DNA from: the human T2T-CHM13v2.0 reference genome, Homo sapiens
DNA length: 64,000 nucleotides
Strand: one strand, 5' to 3'
NCBI RefSeq assembly: GCF_009914755.1
Contig: NC_060928.1
Part shown: positions 42,677-54,977 of the stretch, piece after piece
Layout of the letters: each line of letters starts with the position of its first letter
How positions within the stretch are numbered: position 1 is the stretch's first letter
The notes under the pieces: generated by a model
The model's input: only the letters and a program-made list of their open reading frames with translations
Database searches by the model: none
What the model was told of the DNA's origin: nothing
Position numbers and translations under genes: made by a program

Positions 42677-43369
42677 AGTCATTGTGGAGGACGTAGTTTG
42701 AGTATGGAGCATCCTTCTGTGAAATTAATGTGGGAAGAGTAGTGATGAAAATCAGCAAGACTGGAGTTGGCAGGCAGAGCTGTTTGGCAGAAGAATATTA
42801 TTAAAGGAGACTGAAGACTTAGGTTCAAGTCTCTTTTCTCCTACTAAAAAATAAGGCAAATTCTTTTTATTTTATTATTATACTTTAAGTTTTAGGGTAC
42901 ATGTGCACAACGTGCAGGTTTGTTACATATGTATACATGTGCCATGTTGGTGTGCTGCACCCATTAACTCATCATTTAGCATTAGGTATGTCACCTAATG
43001 CTATCCCTCTCCCCTCCCCCCACCCCACAACAGTCCTCGGTGTGTGATGTTCCCCTTCCTGTGTCCATGTGTTCTCATTGTTCAATTCCCACCTATGAGT
43101 GAGAACATGCGGTGTTCGGTTTTTTGTCCTTGCAATAGTTTGCTGAGAAGGATGGTTTCCAGCTTCACCCGTGTCCCTACAAAGGACATGAACTCAAACC
43201 ACTTTGCACTTCAGTTTTTCGTCTTTTAAAAAAGTGATCCAATTCTTCGCTCACTGCACAAATATTTGTTCCACAGTTTGAATGATGTTATTTTCCATGT
43301 CCCTTCAGGCATAAACTTTTATATCAACTATACCAATGAGATATCTTAATAAACAAGGTGTGAGATAAA
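42677..43369 (+). repeat. Copy B of the local duplication, split by an L1PA insertion
   Basis: Same sequence as 41590-41952 with 332 bp of L1 inserted after ggcaaattct. Confidence 0.97.
42865..43196 (-). mobile_element. 5'-truncated young L1PA (PA3/PA4-like) 3' end
   Basis: tattatactttaagttttagggtacatgtgcacaacgtgcaggtttgttac...ccctacaaaggacatgaactca. Confidence 0.95.
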
Positions 43370-46300
43370 TTTAAAAAAAATATTTATTTTGAGAAATTCA
43401 CAGACCTACTGGACTGAGAAGAGGAATGTATCTTTTGCATTTGGAAAATGTTGAGTTATCAGTAGAAACTTGGCCCCCTGTTCCTGTGTTATAAAGAGCC
43501 AGGATTTTTGGTTTTTGTCATATTCATTAGATACTTCACTGAAACTGTGACCTTCTACCTTACTTTGACAGTAATGTTTCACTGGGTCTTTAAATAGGCT
43601 ACTAAATTAGCCTACACTTATTCATGGTAACTTATTTCTCCTAGTCTTTTATTTCCCACTATGAAATTTTTGATAGTATGATTAATGTTTTTGAGCTCCT
43701 CAAAAGATCTTATAGAGGAAAAAAATCACAAATTATTATGGATTCCTCATTTGAATTCACACTGTATTTCATTTGGGTCATTGTTTCATGTAGTATTATT
43801 ATGTATTATTGTTTCAGAGCTTGTTAGTAGGCCATATGCAAGGTAGTGATCAATAATATTTCAATGTCAGCCTTGGAGGGTATATTGAATAATTTTTTTC
43901 CATAAGTCAGCATTGGTCTTGATTCTAATTAACATTTTCAATGTTAATTTGAAGTATGGAATAGGGAGTAAGCTTATTAAATATGCAGATTACTCTATAT
44001 TGAGTAGGGGTGATTATTGACTAGAACTCCACTGTAAGAATGTATAAGGACCTTTACAAATAAAACAAGGTGATTAGAAGTACGATGAAGTTTAATAGGG
44101 ACGAATATGTGATAATCACTCAGAGATGGAAAAAACAAACTGTATGCGTATATTTGTGTATACCTATGATAATTTCAGTATAAACCATCTGTCAATTATA
44201 AATCTGAAATGTGGCATTAGTGTTTATTTTTAAAATGACCAGAGTAACCTAGCAGCATGTAAGTTGTTCAAGCCTTGTAAAGACTACCATGACCTACTTA
44301 GAAGGTTCACAAATTATGCAAAAACTAAAATACAAGAGAAAAAAAAATGGTTTAGTTAATAACAGTCTAAAAATGGAAGTAATATATCTTATAGATAACA
44401 ACTAAAATAATTTAGTATTTAATTTGACAAAGAGAAGGCTAAAGGAGGAAAATGAAAAAGAAGTGTTTTATTACATAGAGAAATATTGTACCAGAGGTGG
44501 TATGCAGGTATTGTCCATTTTCATTGAGAACAAAATAGTGTTTTCTGTGAAACAGGAGATTTTGGGGCTATGTACAAGTAAGGACTCCCTTGTGTTAAGT
44601 TTTCCAAGTCACTGAAGTATCTTATTAAAAAAAACATGAAGTCAGTTTTAGGGACTGGTTTATGTGCCTTAAGGTACCTAATCATATTATGTAATGCCTC
44701 TGGTAACTCTTTCAACTCTCTGGTATTATGATTATTTTAGTATGTTTTTGTTAACACCATTTAAAAATGTGATCCTTCCAGGGAAATTAACGGGAATTAG
44801 TGAAGTCCTTCCTGAATTTTCAAGAATATAGGAATATGAAAATCCCCTATTTCACTACTGAAATCTATTGCATTATTTGAAGATATCATCTTAACATAAA
44901 TTTTACAATCATCCTATAATCAGCGGTAACATTGTAAAATGCTGACCATAAAATTTAGGATAATTTTGTATTTCTTCCTAGTGTCTTGAGATAAATAAGT
45001 ATTGCAGCTTTTTTATGATATATAAAAAAGAAACTGCACATGCTTTTTACCATGCACAGGAAAACTGCAGGATAATTGAATGTACAGAATACTAGGACCT
45101 TTTATAGTGAAGATTTGCTTAATAATTTATATATTATAATATATATTTTATTAGATATCATACACATATATTAAATATAATATATCTAAAATGGCCTTTC
45201 ATGGTATATACATGTATATTTATTTTATAATGTATTTATTATTAAATATTAATATACACCAAATATTTGTTTATTTAACTAATAGCCATTTAAAATAGAG
45301 AAAAGGATCATAAATGATATTTCTGTCAATACTGTCAGAGTTTTGAGGTTTGTGGTAGAAAAATACAGTGTCTGCCACATTTCAGGGTTCATGATGTGAC
45401 ACAATTAGTTTCTAGCTTGTAATGTGGGTCAATAAGTCAGACAAGCCAGTCAGATTTTCAGATGACTGTTCTCTTGCATCTGTATAACACCATCATTTCA
45501 CAGAGAGTTTAACAATCATTTTTATTGGTTATAGCCAACAGCAGTAAGACGTGCAGCATTTCCATCTTCCCTTAGATTCTCTAAAATGGCCTGCCGTGTC
45601 CACATATCTGAACTAACTCCTAAGTTTGTAAGGAAAGTGCAGATCTTTTTAATGCAAGGGGATGTTCCCCTAAGTAGTCCATGACATCTACCCTTCCCAA
45701 GGGCATCTACTTTACATAAACTTACAATTTTACCTGTGACCATCTGACTGTACCACATGGTGGGTAGGGCTGACCCAGAATACTTTCGTCGGGAGAGAGT
45801 GCAGAAAATATTCCCAAGTCTGTCAGGGTAGACTTCAGGGTCATCTGCTGGTCTGTAATCCCCACACTTTGTAATCTAATCTACCACAGGAGGACCGTGT
45901 TCTGCCAGGTAGATGTGCCCTTCTCATGAATCTTGCTGCGCACTTTTTCTAGACCAAACGCATCTTATATTCTGGTGGCTATTTAAACAGTTCTAAAAAA
46001 ATTAAAATGAAATAGACACTCTAAAGGAGTTCAAACCAGAAGGACCTGAGGCTGTCTTTTATCTAATGTATTCTGTTGTGCCACATGAGGAGAGTTAGGG
46101 GGAAGATGAAAGACTCAGGACAGGAGTGGGGAAAGGGACAGAATGGAGCGACTAGAAAAGGCTGCATCATTTAGACCTTATTCAAGCATTCCACATGGAG
46201 GTGCCCATCTTCTGACCCTCCGTAAATCTCTAACCCTCTTTGTTCCTCCTATGGCACCCTCTCCATCCAGAAGGCTTCATTTGAAAAGTTCTCTCCATTT

Positions 46301-47489
46301 CCCAAAATGGAGTCCTAACCCTCTGCCTTGCCTGGTATCATTCTACCGTGCTGGCCTCAGACCTCAGCTTGCTCTTCCAAAGGCTTCTGCTGTGTTGAGG
46401 AGGAAGAGACTCTGGCACCACAACAGGAAGGAAGACACAGCACTTTGGTGCTGGTACATTCCTTCATTAGAGATTGCTGTCTCTGGGTTCCTCCTGAATT
46501 ACCCCACACCGTGAGGAATACTTTTAGGCTATACAATCTAATCTTCTCTGAGAGAACCCTATGTCTTCCATTAACATGACTTTGACATTAATCTTTTTTA
46601 AAATAGGAAACTTAGTGCTATTAAGCTAAAAACTCTTTCCTGAGCCTACTTTCATTAAATAAGGACACCCCTTCAGGCACTAAAAATATCTTTTACAGAG
46701 CTCTTAATTATGGACCAAGCCACCTTGAAAACATCAGGAGTCCTTTTTATCCCACCGTATACTCTTGATACCTTTACATTTCACCAGACTTTACAAGCTT
46801 GAGTCTGAGGTAGTTAAGAAAACTTCACTAAGGAAAAGGAGCTACTAAGTAAGATAGGAATGTGACTTCTCAAAGAACAAGTGGCCATTGGCTACGCCGT
46901 AAATAGGAAGGTGGAAGGCTTATTCCATTTGTCCATACATAGAGCGTACATACTCTCCTTCCTCCTCATTATCTAAATATTCAACCAAGAAAAACAATCC
47001 TGAAATTTAATTTTCTGTAGTAATCCTCAACATTGCCAAAGGTGACTGTCCTCGACTTGTTCTGCTGCTTATCTCAAGATTCTTTAGCTACTAAAATCAT
47101 GAATTCTTTTACATATTTATAAGCATTTCAATTAAGCAATTTTCTTCACCATTTCAGTTTGCTTCCAATATTTCAGTGAAAAAATCACTCAGTTCATGTA
47201 CCCCTTATCTTCTCTGTCTGCACTGCTCAGATAAGTAACTTTTTCAAGAGCAAATATTCTACTTTGTACCAGGTCCTATGTCTACCAGAATCACAGACTA
47301 TACCCTCAGCTTTTTGAAATACGTTTTTTGGTCCTAATTGTTTGTGTTTTCTTTTTATTTGCCTTGCCTCTGAATTTATTTATTTTACATATGTGGCAAA
47401 ATATTATGACAGGCAATTCACTGGAGGTTCAATGAAGCTTGCCCAGCTGATTGTGTTACAGAGGAAATTGCCAAATATTTCTTTAAAAA

Positions 47490-47712
47490 TGAACAATGAG
47501 AACACATGGACACAGGAAGGGGAACATCACACACCGGAGACTGCTGTGGGGTGGGGGAATTGGGAGGGATAGCATTAGGAGATATACCTAATGCTAAATG
47601 ACGAGTTAATGGGTGCAGCACACCAGCATGGCACATGTATACATATGTAACAAACCTGCACGTTGTGCACATGTACCCTAAAACTTAAAGTATAATATAA
47701 TAAAATAAAAAA
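47490..47712 (+). mobile_element. 5'-truncated young L1PA (PA3/PA4-like) 3' UTR
   Basis: tgaacaatgagaacacatggacacaggaaggggaac...gtaccctaaaacttaaagtataat plus A-rich tail; preceded by TT/AAAAA. Confidence 0.95.
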
Positions 47713-47745
47713 GTTTTAGATTTTTTATTTTGTTTTTGATTTTTT

Positions 47746-48033
47746 TTTTTTTTTTTGACGGAGTCTTGGTCTGTAGCCCAGGCTGGGGTGCAGTGGTGTG
47801 ATATCGGCTCACTGCAACCTCTGCCTCCGGGTTCAAGCGATTCTCCTGCCTCAGCCTCCCGAGTAGTTGGGACTGCAGGCACACACCACCATGCTCAGCT
47901 AAGTTTTTGTATTTTAGTAGAGACAGGGTTTCACCATGTTGGCCAGGATACTCTCCATCTCCTTACCTCATGATCTGCCCGCCTTGGCCTCCCAAAGGGC
48001 TGGGATTACAGGCATGAGCCACCATGCCTGGCC
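47746..48033 (-). mobile_element. AluS (Sc/Sg-like)
   Basis: Antisense Alu; TSD ttgtttttgatttttt at 47730-47745 and 48034-48049. Confidence 0.93.
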
Positions 48034-48199
48034 TTGTTTTTGATTTTTTAACTACAAATACTTCTGGTCATGATTAGTCAGCTGTAGAATGGCTAATAAT
48101 ATATAGTTAAAATGCTATTATTATGCCATGCTAGTTTCAGGGGAATGCTTACTTCCCAAAATGAAATATCCTTCTAGTGAAGAAGACCACCATAAAACA

Positions 48200-48890
48200 A
48201 GTAAGCCTCATTGATTGCTGACTGTTTTCCAGACCCTGGGCTAGATCTGGATTTCAAAGATGAAGTTTTTTAAAAATCATGGGAACCAGCAATCTATATT
48301 CTAGTGAGGTAAATAAACAAATACAATTCCTAAACACAATGCTGAAATGTGAACATATTCCAAGTGTTAGAAGAGCACTGAAGAGACAGTGAAGTTTCAT
48401 GTTGAAAGGAAGGAATTCTCCAGGTAGACAGAGAAGCATCTTATGCCAAGAAGACATCTACCAAGACATGCACCTGTGATACAGCCAGGAATGAAGAAAC
48501 AGTGTTTGGCTTATACTGTGAATATGAGTAAGGCAAAAGGTTGTTTCTGAGAATGGAAATAGAAAAGGCTTAAGCCAAATTTTTGAAGGAACTTGAAGGC
48601 TAAGGAGTTTAAACTGTTTTCTAAGGGCAGTGAAGTACACAGGCAGTACTTAAACAAGGCAGCAGTATGATCAGATTGCATATCAGAAAGAACAGTTTAG
48701 CTGTGCTAAAGAATGGATTAGTGGTGAGTGAGAACAGAGATAGGGAAAGGCTTAAAAATAATAGTCCAGGTAGAAATAACAAGGCTATTAGACGTGGAAA
48801 GGCAAAGATGGTGACAGATTTACAAAATTTAGGAGGTAAAATATACAGAACTTGATGAGAGTAGATGAGGTGGGGAAGTTAAAGATCCAC
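48200..48890 (-). mobile_element. L2 fragment
   Basis: aggctaaggagtttaaactg...atgatcagattgcat...tttaggaggtaaaatatacagaacttgatga. Confidence 0.7.
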
Positions 48891-50467
48891 AGGTAAGGAA
48901 GGGGATTAGCTGAGAATGAATCTAATTGATAGGAAACAAGGATACGGCAATTCCAGAAATCATAATAGAGAACAAAGTAATAGTAATCATCATAATAACA
49001 TCAATAATTTTAACTACTGGTAATTGAGTGCTCATAGCTAATTACTAAGAAAAGTGTCTTATAAACAATATCTAATTCAAACCTCTAGATACCTTAATAT
49101 AAAAGTATTAGTTCCTCTGCTCAATAGAGAAAGAAATTGCATTTTGGAGAAGTTTAAATAATTTTCCCAAAGATTGAAACACAAATATTTATGTTTTCAC
49201 AATTCATGCTTTTAGAAACTAAGTGTTTGCTCAGTGCTGGTCAGTTGGCAGTACCTCTTGGGGATGGCCTGCCTTACCCAAGCACCCCAGTCCATTTTGT
49301 AACACTTTGACTTGCTTCTTGGGTCTAAACAACATTAATTCTCACCCTCACGGCATATTAGTTGTTCCTTTAAATGCTACATTTTGGATCACTTTTTATG
49401 CTGGAAAACTTGTCACCGCACTTCATAGGACAGCTCTCAGCTGCTACAACCAATGGACAGGCAGGCTGTTTACATGGTTGCTAATGAGCTCTCAGGGCTG
49501 TAACAATATCTGTCCTTTGACAGTTGCTGAAATCAGCATCCAAAGGAGAAAACTGAGAAGAGAATAGGGGGGAACCTAAACTGAGTTGGAGGATGCTTGT
49601 CATATACCCCTATTTGTCTCTTTTCCACTGTTAGCCCTTTTGCCTGAAGCATCTGGTGCCTATCCTATCAGCCACGTTCCATTTTTCTCCCCCTGAAGAA
49701 AAATCTCCTCTGATGTGATAACTTAAGTTGACTTGTTCCACCCCATAGAAAATGGGATTAGACTTAAAATTCCCCAAAGCCAGCTGTCAGGCCACTCTTG
49801 TCAGTTATTGATGAGCGTTCTACACAACCAGGCTAAATGTAGTTTTTAATCTTAGAAGACAAAGAAGATGGAGATGGGACAGAGAGGTTTATGAGAGTTA
49901 TTTAAGTTTTATGTGGATAGTGACATCTACTCTCTTGTTAAAGGAAGATAGGAAAAAAATATAAGTGAAAGTTTACCACAGAGGGGTTATGCATTAGATT
50001 TTTTAAAAAAATAGTTGACAGTTTTAGAGATGTGTTTTTAACAACGTATTTAATATAACATTATTTCATTAATATAAAATTGTATAAATGTCCCAGAGAG
50101 TTTGCTATGAAGAAATTTATGACCATTTAGTATCATAGAGTCACACAATCTCATACTTGGAAGGGAAATCATGCATTATTTATTCTATTTCAGTGCATGA
50201 ATTCTTCTTCAACAATATTTATAAAGAATCACCTGACTCTGCCAGGGGGGAAAAATTCCACAAAAAAATACCAATAGAAATTATTAAATAAGGCATTGTG
50301 GAAGGAGGAATCATCAACATCATAATCTTTATATAAAAACAGTAGAAACCTGATCAAATACTGATTTGACAGATATGCTTGACTTTAAAATCTAACCTAC
50401 TCAATGTTAAAGCTATTGCTGTCAGATATATCTAATAGACTATCAAATATTTAAAAAATTTAATTGT

Positions 50468-50775
50468 ATTATTTTTATTTTTTATTTTCCTTTGAGAGGG
50501 AGTCTCGCTCTGTTGCCAAAACTGGAGTGCGGTGGCACAGTCTCAGCTCACTGCAACCTCCGCCTTCTGGGTTCAAGTGATTCCCCTGCCTCAGCCTTGT
50601 GAGTAGCTGGGATTACAGGTGTGTACCAGCACGCCCAGCTAAGTTTTGTATTTTTAGTAGAGACAGGGTTTCACCATGTTGGCCAGGCTGGTCTCAATAT
50701 CCTGACCTCAAGTGATCTGCCCACCTCAGCCTCCCAAAGTGCTGGGATTACAGACATGAGCCACTGCGCCTGGCC
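50468..50775 (-). mobile_element. AluS (Sz/Sx-like)
   Basis: gagtctcgctctgttgcc...cctgacctcaagtgatc...gagccactgcgcctggcc. Confidence 0.92.
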
Positions 50776-51299
50776 CCAAATTAATTTTAAATGCTTGAAA
50801 AGAGTTTCAGTGTTTATTGAAAGAATTTTACAGAAACCTAAAGCCACTCAAATTTTAAAAATTTATTTTCACAGAATTGCCTTAAATCACACAGTACCTC
50901 AGTGTATGTACTGTTCATACAAATAACTAAATATAACTTACTCGTAAGCTCTCAGTATTGTTCAGTACCCACAGGTTGATGCTAGTCTGATCAGAGAACA
51001 GTAGCAGGAATAAAAAAATAATCTCAGTCAGGTGTCAAGAAGATAAGGCTGATTAGAGCAGCAAAGCATTTTCTTTCTTTTATCATCCACCACTTAGAGC
51101 TATAGACACTCATTTTTTTACTGTGTGCATGAGTAAGACTGTGGGTTTGAGAGAAGAGACCTCAGGTCTAATGGGTTCTCAGAGTGAGCATTCACTGAGT
51201 TTTATGTGAGATATGTGGTTAGGTAGAGAAACAGAGTATACTATGAGTTATACATACTAATACTATGTTCACAGATAACACTTCTCTGGAGTACTCTAG

Positions 51300-51701
<402 letters not shown>

Positions 51702-53958
51702 TAATGTATATATTAGATGCCTATTAATGATTCTATGATTGTTTTACATTTTAAAACAATGATTAGGCATGTCTAAATATTATACACTCAGATTTTGACC
51801 TTCAGATACAAGTTTTTGAAGATTACCATTTGTTGAATGACCTACTATATTTCCTTTAAAGGCTCATAATATAGGCTACAGCATTTCTGCTAATCTTGTT
51901 CTAAACTCTTCTTAGTATGAAAAATACAAAGTGACCGCTTGTAATAGTTACTCCCTTTCTATTTTGGGCTCCTGAAATGGCCTTTTCATTTGGTAATAAG
52001 CTATTTGTGTTCACTTCATTTTGCTTCAGTCGTTTTATTTTTGTCATCTTTGGTGCTATCTTAGTGTGCTATGATGGAACATGCTGAATCAGAAAACCTG
52101 TAATTTTTATTGCAAACATGTCTCAAGGCAAATTTATAAGTTGCAGTTGATATCAGAAACTACTAGAGGGAACATGCCTTTGTTCTAAATTACAAAATGC
52201 TCTGCTATTCTAAACTTGAAGTATGTTGAATATAAACTGCCTTTTTTGTAACACCAGGAGCTTCACATGGGCAATATATTAAGATATTCCTCTAAAAATG
52301 CATTGTGTACAAAACAACTTCTCCAGCTAAACTGTATTAAAACTCTATATTTTCAGGCTGTAAAGCTAATATTTAAGGTGAAGCTATGTCACAGAAACCT
52401 GATCATATTAAAGATCTTAACATTTGATTTCAGTTTTCTTTTCATAGAAGGATAAGAAGGAGCACTAATTTATTTAGCAGCATTTAGCCAGGGTGACTAT
52501 TTGGGCAACCCATTTATATATTTAAATGAAGGCACTGAAAAAAAAACTGCACTAAACTGTGATCTCACCTCCATTAGATTAAAACCTTCTGATCATTATA
52601 GTTGAGTTTGATTGTTAGTACTGCCAGACAGCCAAGGGCCCAATCTTGTACTGGTAGGGTGTCTGGTGACCTGCAATATGGGCTTTCTCCAACTATAGAC
52701 CTGCAGGTTCTAGATGATGCTGTGTACAACCATCTGGTCTTCACCTTTGTATTTATAGAAACTGAACAAACGAGTATTGTTGTTATAACCTGTGTAGATA
52801 TATTCCATTCCTTCTTCCTGTGTTACCACTTTTGGGTATCCTCCACTAAACAGGGGGATATATGTTTAAAATGTTCATGTTTATAATACAGTTTTACTGA
52901 TACTACTGAAAACAGCAGTAAATTGCTCTCTTGAAACAAAATTTTTGTTGTTATAATATATCAAGATAATTATGGTATGACCTACAAGTAAATGTCCACT
53001 CACTTTGTTATTCAGTTGCATCCTAGCTACATACTCATTTTACTCTTGCTTTTGCCCTCAATTATTCATTTACATTATAGCTTTAGTTTACCTTTTACAA
53101 ATGGTAGAATCCGTTCAATATTTTAGAATATTCCAGAAAATTCCAGAATCGCACTTTGTCTTCAGATAGGATGATTTAAATGCATTATTTTATGCAACAG
53201 ATGTGTAGAGCAAAAAGGAATTATCATGGTAGTTTCCATGGAGTAAATAATATACATCAAAAACACAAAACTCAATAAAATGCAGATAAAAGTTTGCTGA
53301 AAGTTACTATTAGAAATTGGCACAAATACTCTTCTGACAAACATGGCCCATAATGTATTGTTTCCAACACAATTTTGTACATGATGGAGATTGGTGAACT
53401 GCAAGAGTATTCCCAGTGCCTTTGCCCAATGCTACTGTTGGTTGCAAAGATCCTCAGGAAATCATTAGCAAACTCCATCTAGAAACAGACCAAAAGATCA
53501 GAGATATACATTACATGAGATTCATGGCTTATGGTTGTAGAGTTCTGTGCGCATTCGTTCTTGTTTGAAGTACAGTATAGTGTTTCAAAGCATCTGCTCC
53601 CATTCCCAAAAGTTAGTGAGTTGTAACTGTGCCAGTATCTGATTTTAACAGTATGTCAAAGGCACAGTATTTGTTCTTAAATGTCAGTCATTAGAGTTGG
53701 GCACCTACACAAATTCAATGAGTTCCAGTGGAATGATAACTGGTTCTTTAAGCTGCAAAATATAGAGAGACTCAGAAACTCAAATGGAGGGAAATCGACC
53801 ACCAATTTAGAGATAGATAACCTGGGACAAATAGATACTATCTGTAACATAAAAGATTGACTTAAAAATCTTGAAGCATTATTCTGAATATGTTTTCAGC
53901 TTTCCAGAAACATGAAATGTATTCTCATCCAAATAGAAATCGCTCCCCCCACCTCCAC

Positions 53959-53962
<4 letters not shown>

Positions 53963-54006
<44 letters not shown>
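53963..54006 (+). repeat. Perfect (CA)22 microsatellite
   Basis: Seen directly. Confidence 0.97.
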
Positions 54007-54008
<2 letters not shown>

Positions 54009-54054
54009 GCTAAAGCAAATATAGCAAACGAAATATAGAAATAACAACCAGTGT

Positions 54055-54270
54055 CTTGCGTTGGAAATACTATGGTCTTTGAGGCTGGACAGACCCACAT
54101 TTGAATTCTAGCTCTCGCACTCACTGACTATGACACACTGATCAAGTCACTTATTCTCTCAACCTCAGTCTCTTCCTCTATAAAACGGGTCAAATAATTA
54201 TTGATGTGAGGCATTTCTGTGAGGATAATGTATATCAATTGTCTGACGTGTGTATTCAATAAATAATGAC
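54055..54270 (+). mobile_element. MIR
   Basis: cagaccc...tttgaattctagctct...caagtcactt...acctcagtctcttcctctataaaacggg. Confidence 0.78.
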
Positions 54271-54755
54271 TATCATAACTACTAATTTTTAAGACTACAT
54301 TTGACCTCAAAGCATGTTGTTTATGTAAATTCTATAATTTTATACAAATAAGCCTTGCTACGTAAAGGAATGTAGAACTAATGCTGATAACATATTGAAA
54401 GTTTTTTAAATTACTAAATTAGCATGTGATTATCTAGCAGTCTAATTTAACTTGTCTTTGATGGAATTGCTAGCTTTTTCTCCCATGAAGCTTCACAAAG
54501 AAAGCATTGCATTACCACTAGACGTTTTCACTTTTCCTTCAATAATAATTTTGTGTTCTCATAATTTGTATAAATGCCATATACCCTAACAGAAGTTTTT
54601 CTTACACATTATATCCTAATATCAGAAAACAATAAAATAAGAAAAGCAATTTGATATATGTTTCCACACATATTGCCTTTTTTTTTCTTTTAACTTTATT
54701 CCCACTTGAAAATACTCAGTAATGTGTCTCTTGTGTCTCTCTTCTCTCCCAATAA

Positions 54756-54977
<222 letters not shown>

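Noticed and set aside
45522-45758. Minus-strand ORF containing SSDMWT, reminiscent of the hAT transposase DMWT motif
   Set aside because: The expected downstream residues (Y...VT.H) are absent and no terminal repeats were seen. A Dfam or tBLASTn search would settle it; the region may be an old LTR.
46143-46514. Longest ORF in the track (123 aa)
   Set aside because: No recognisable domain or splice support; the length is compatible with chance in a locally GC-richer, probably repeat-derived patch.
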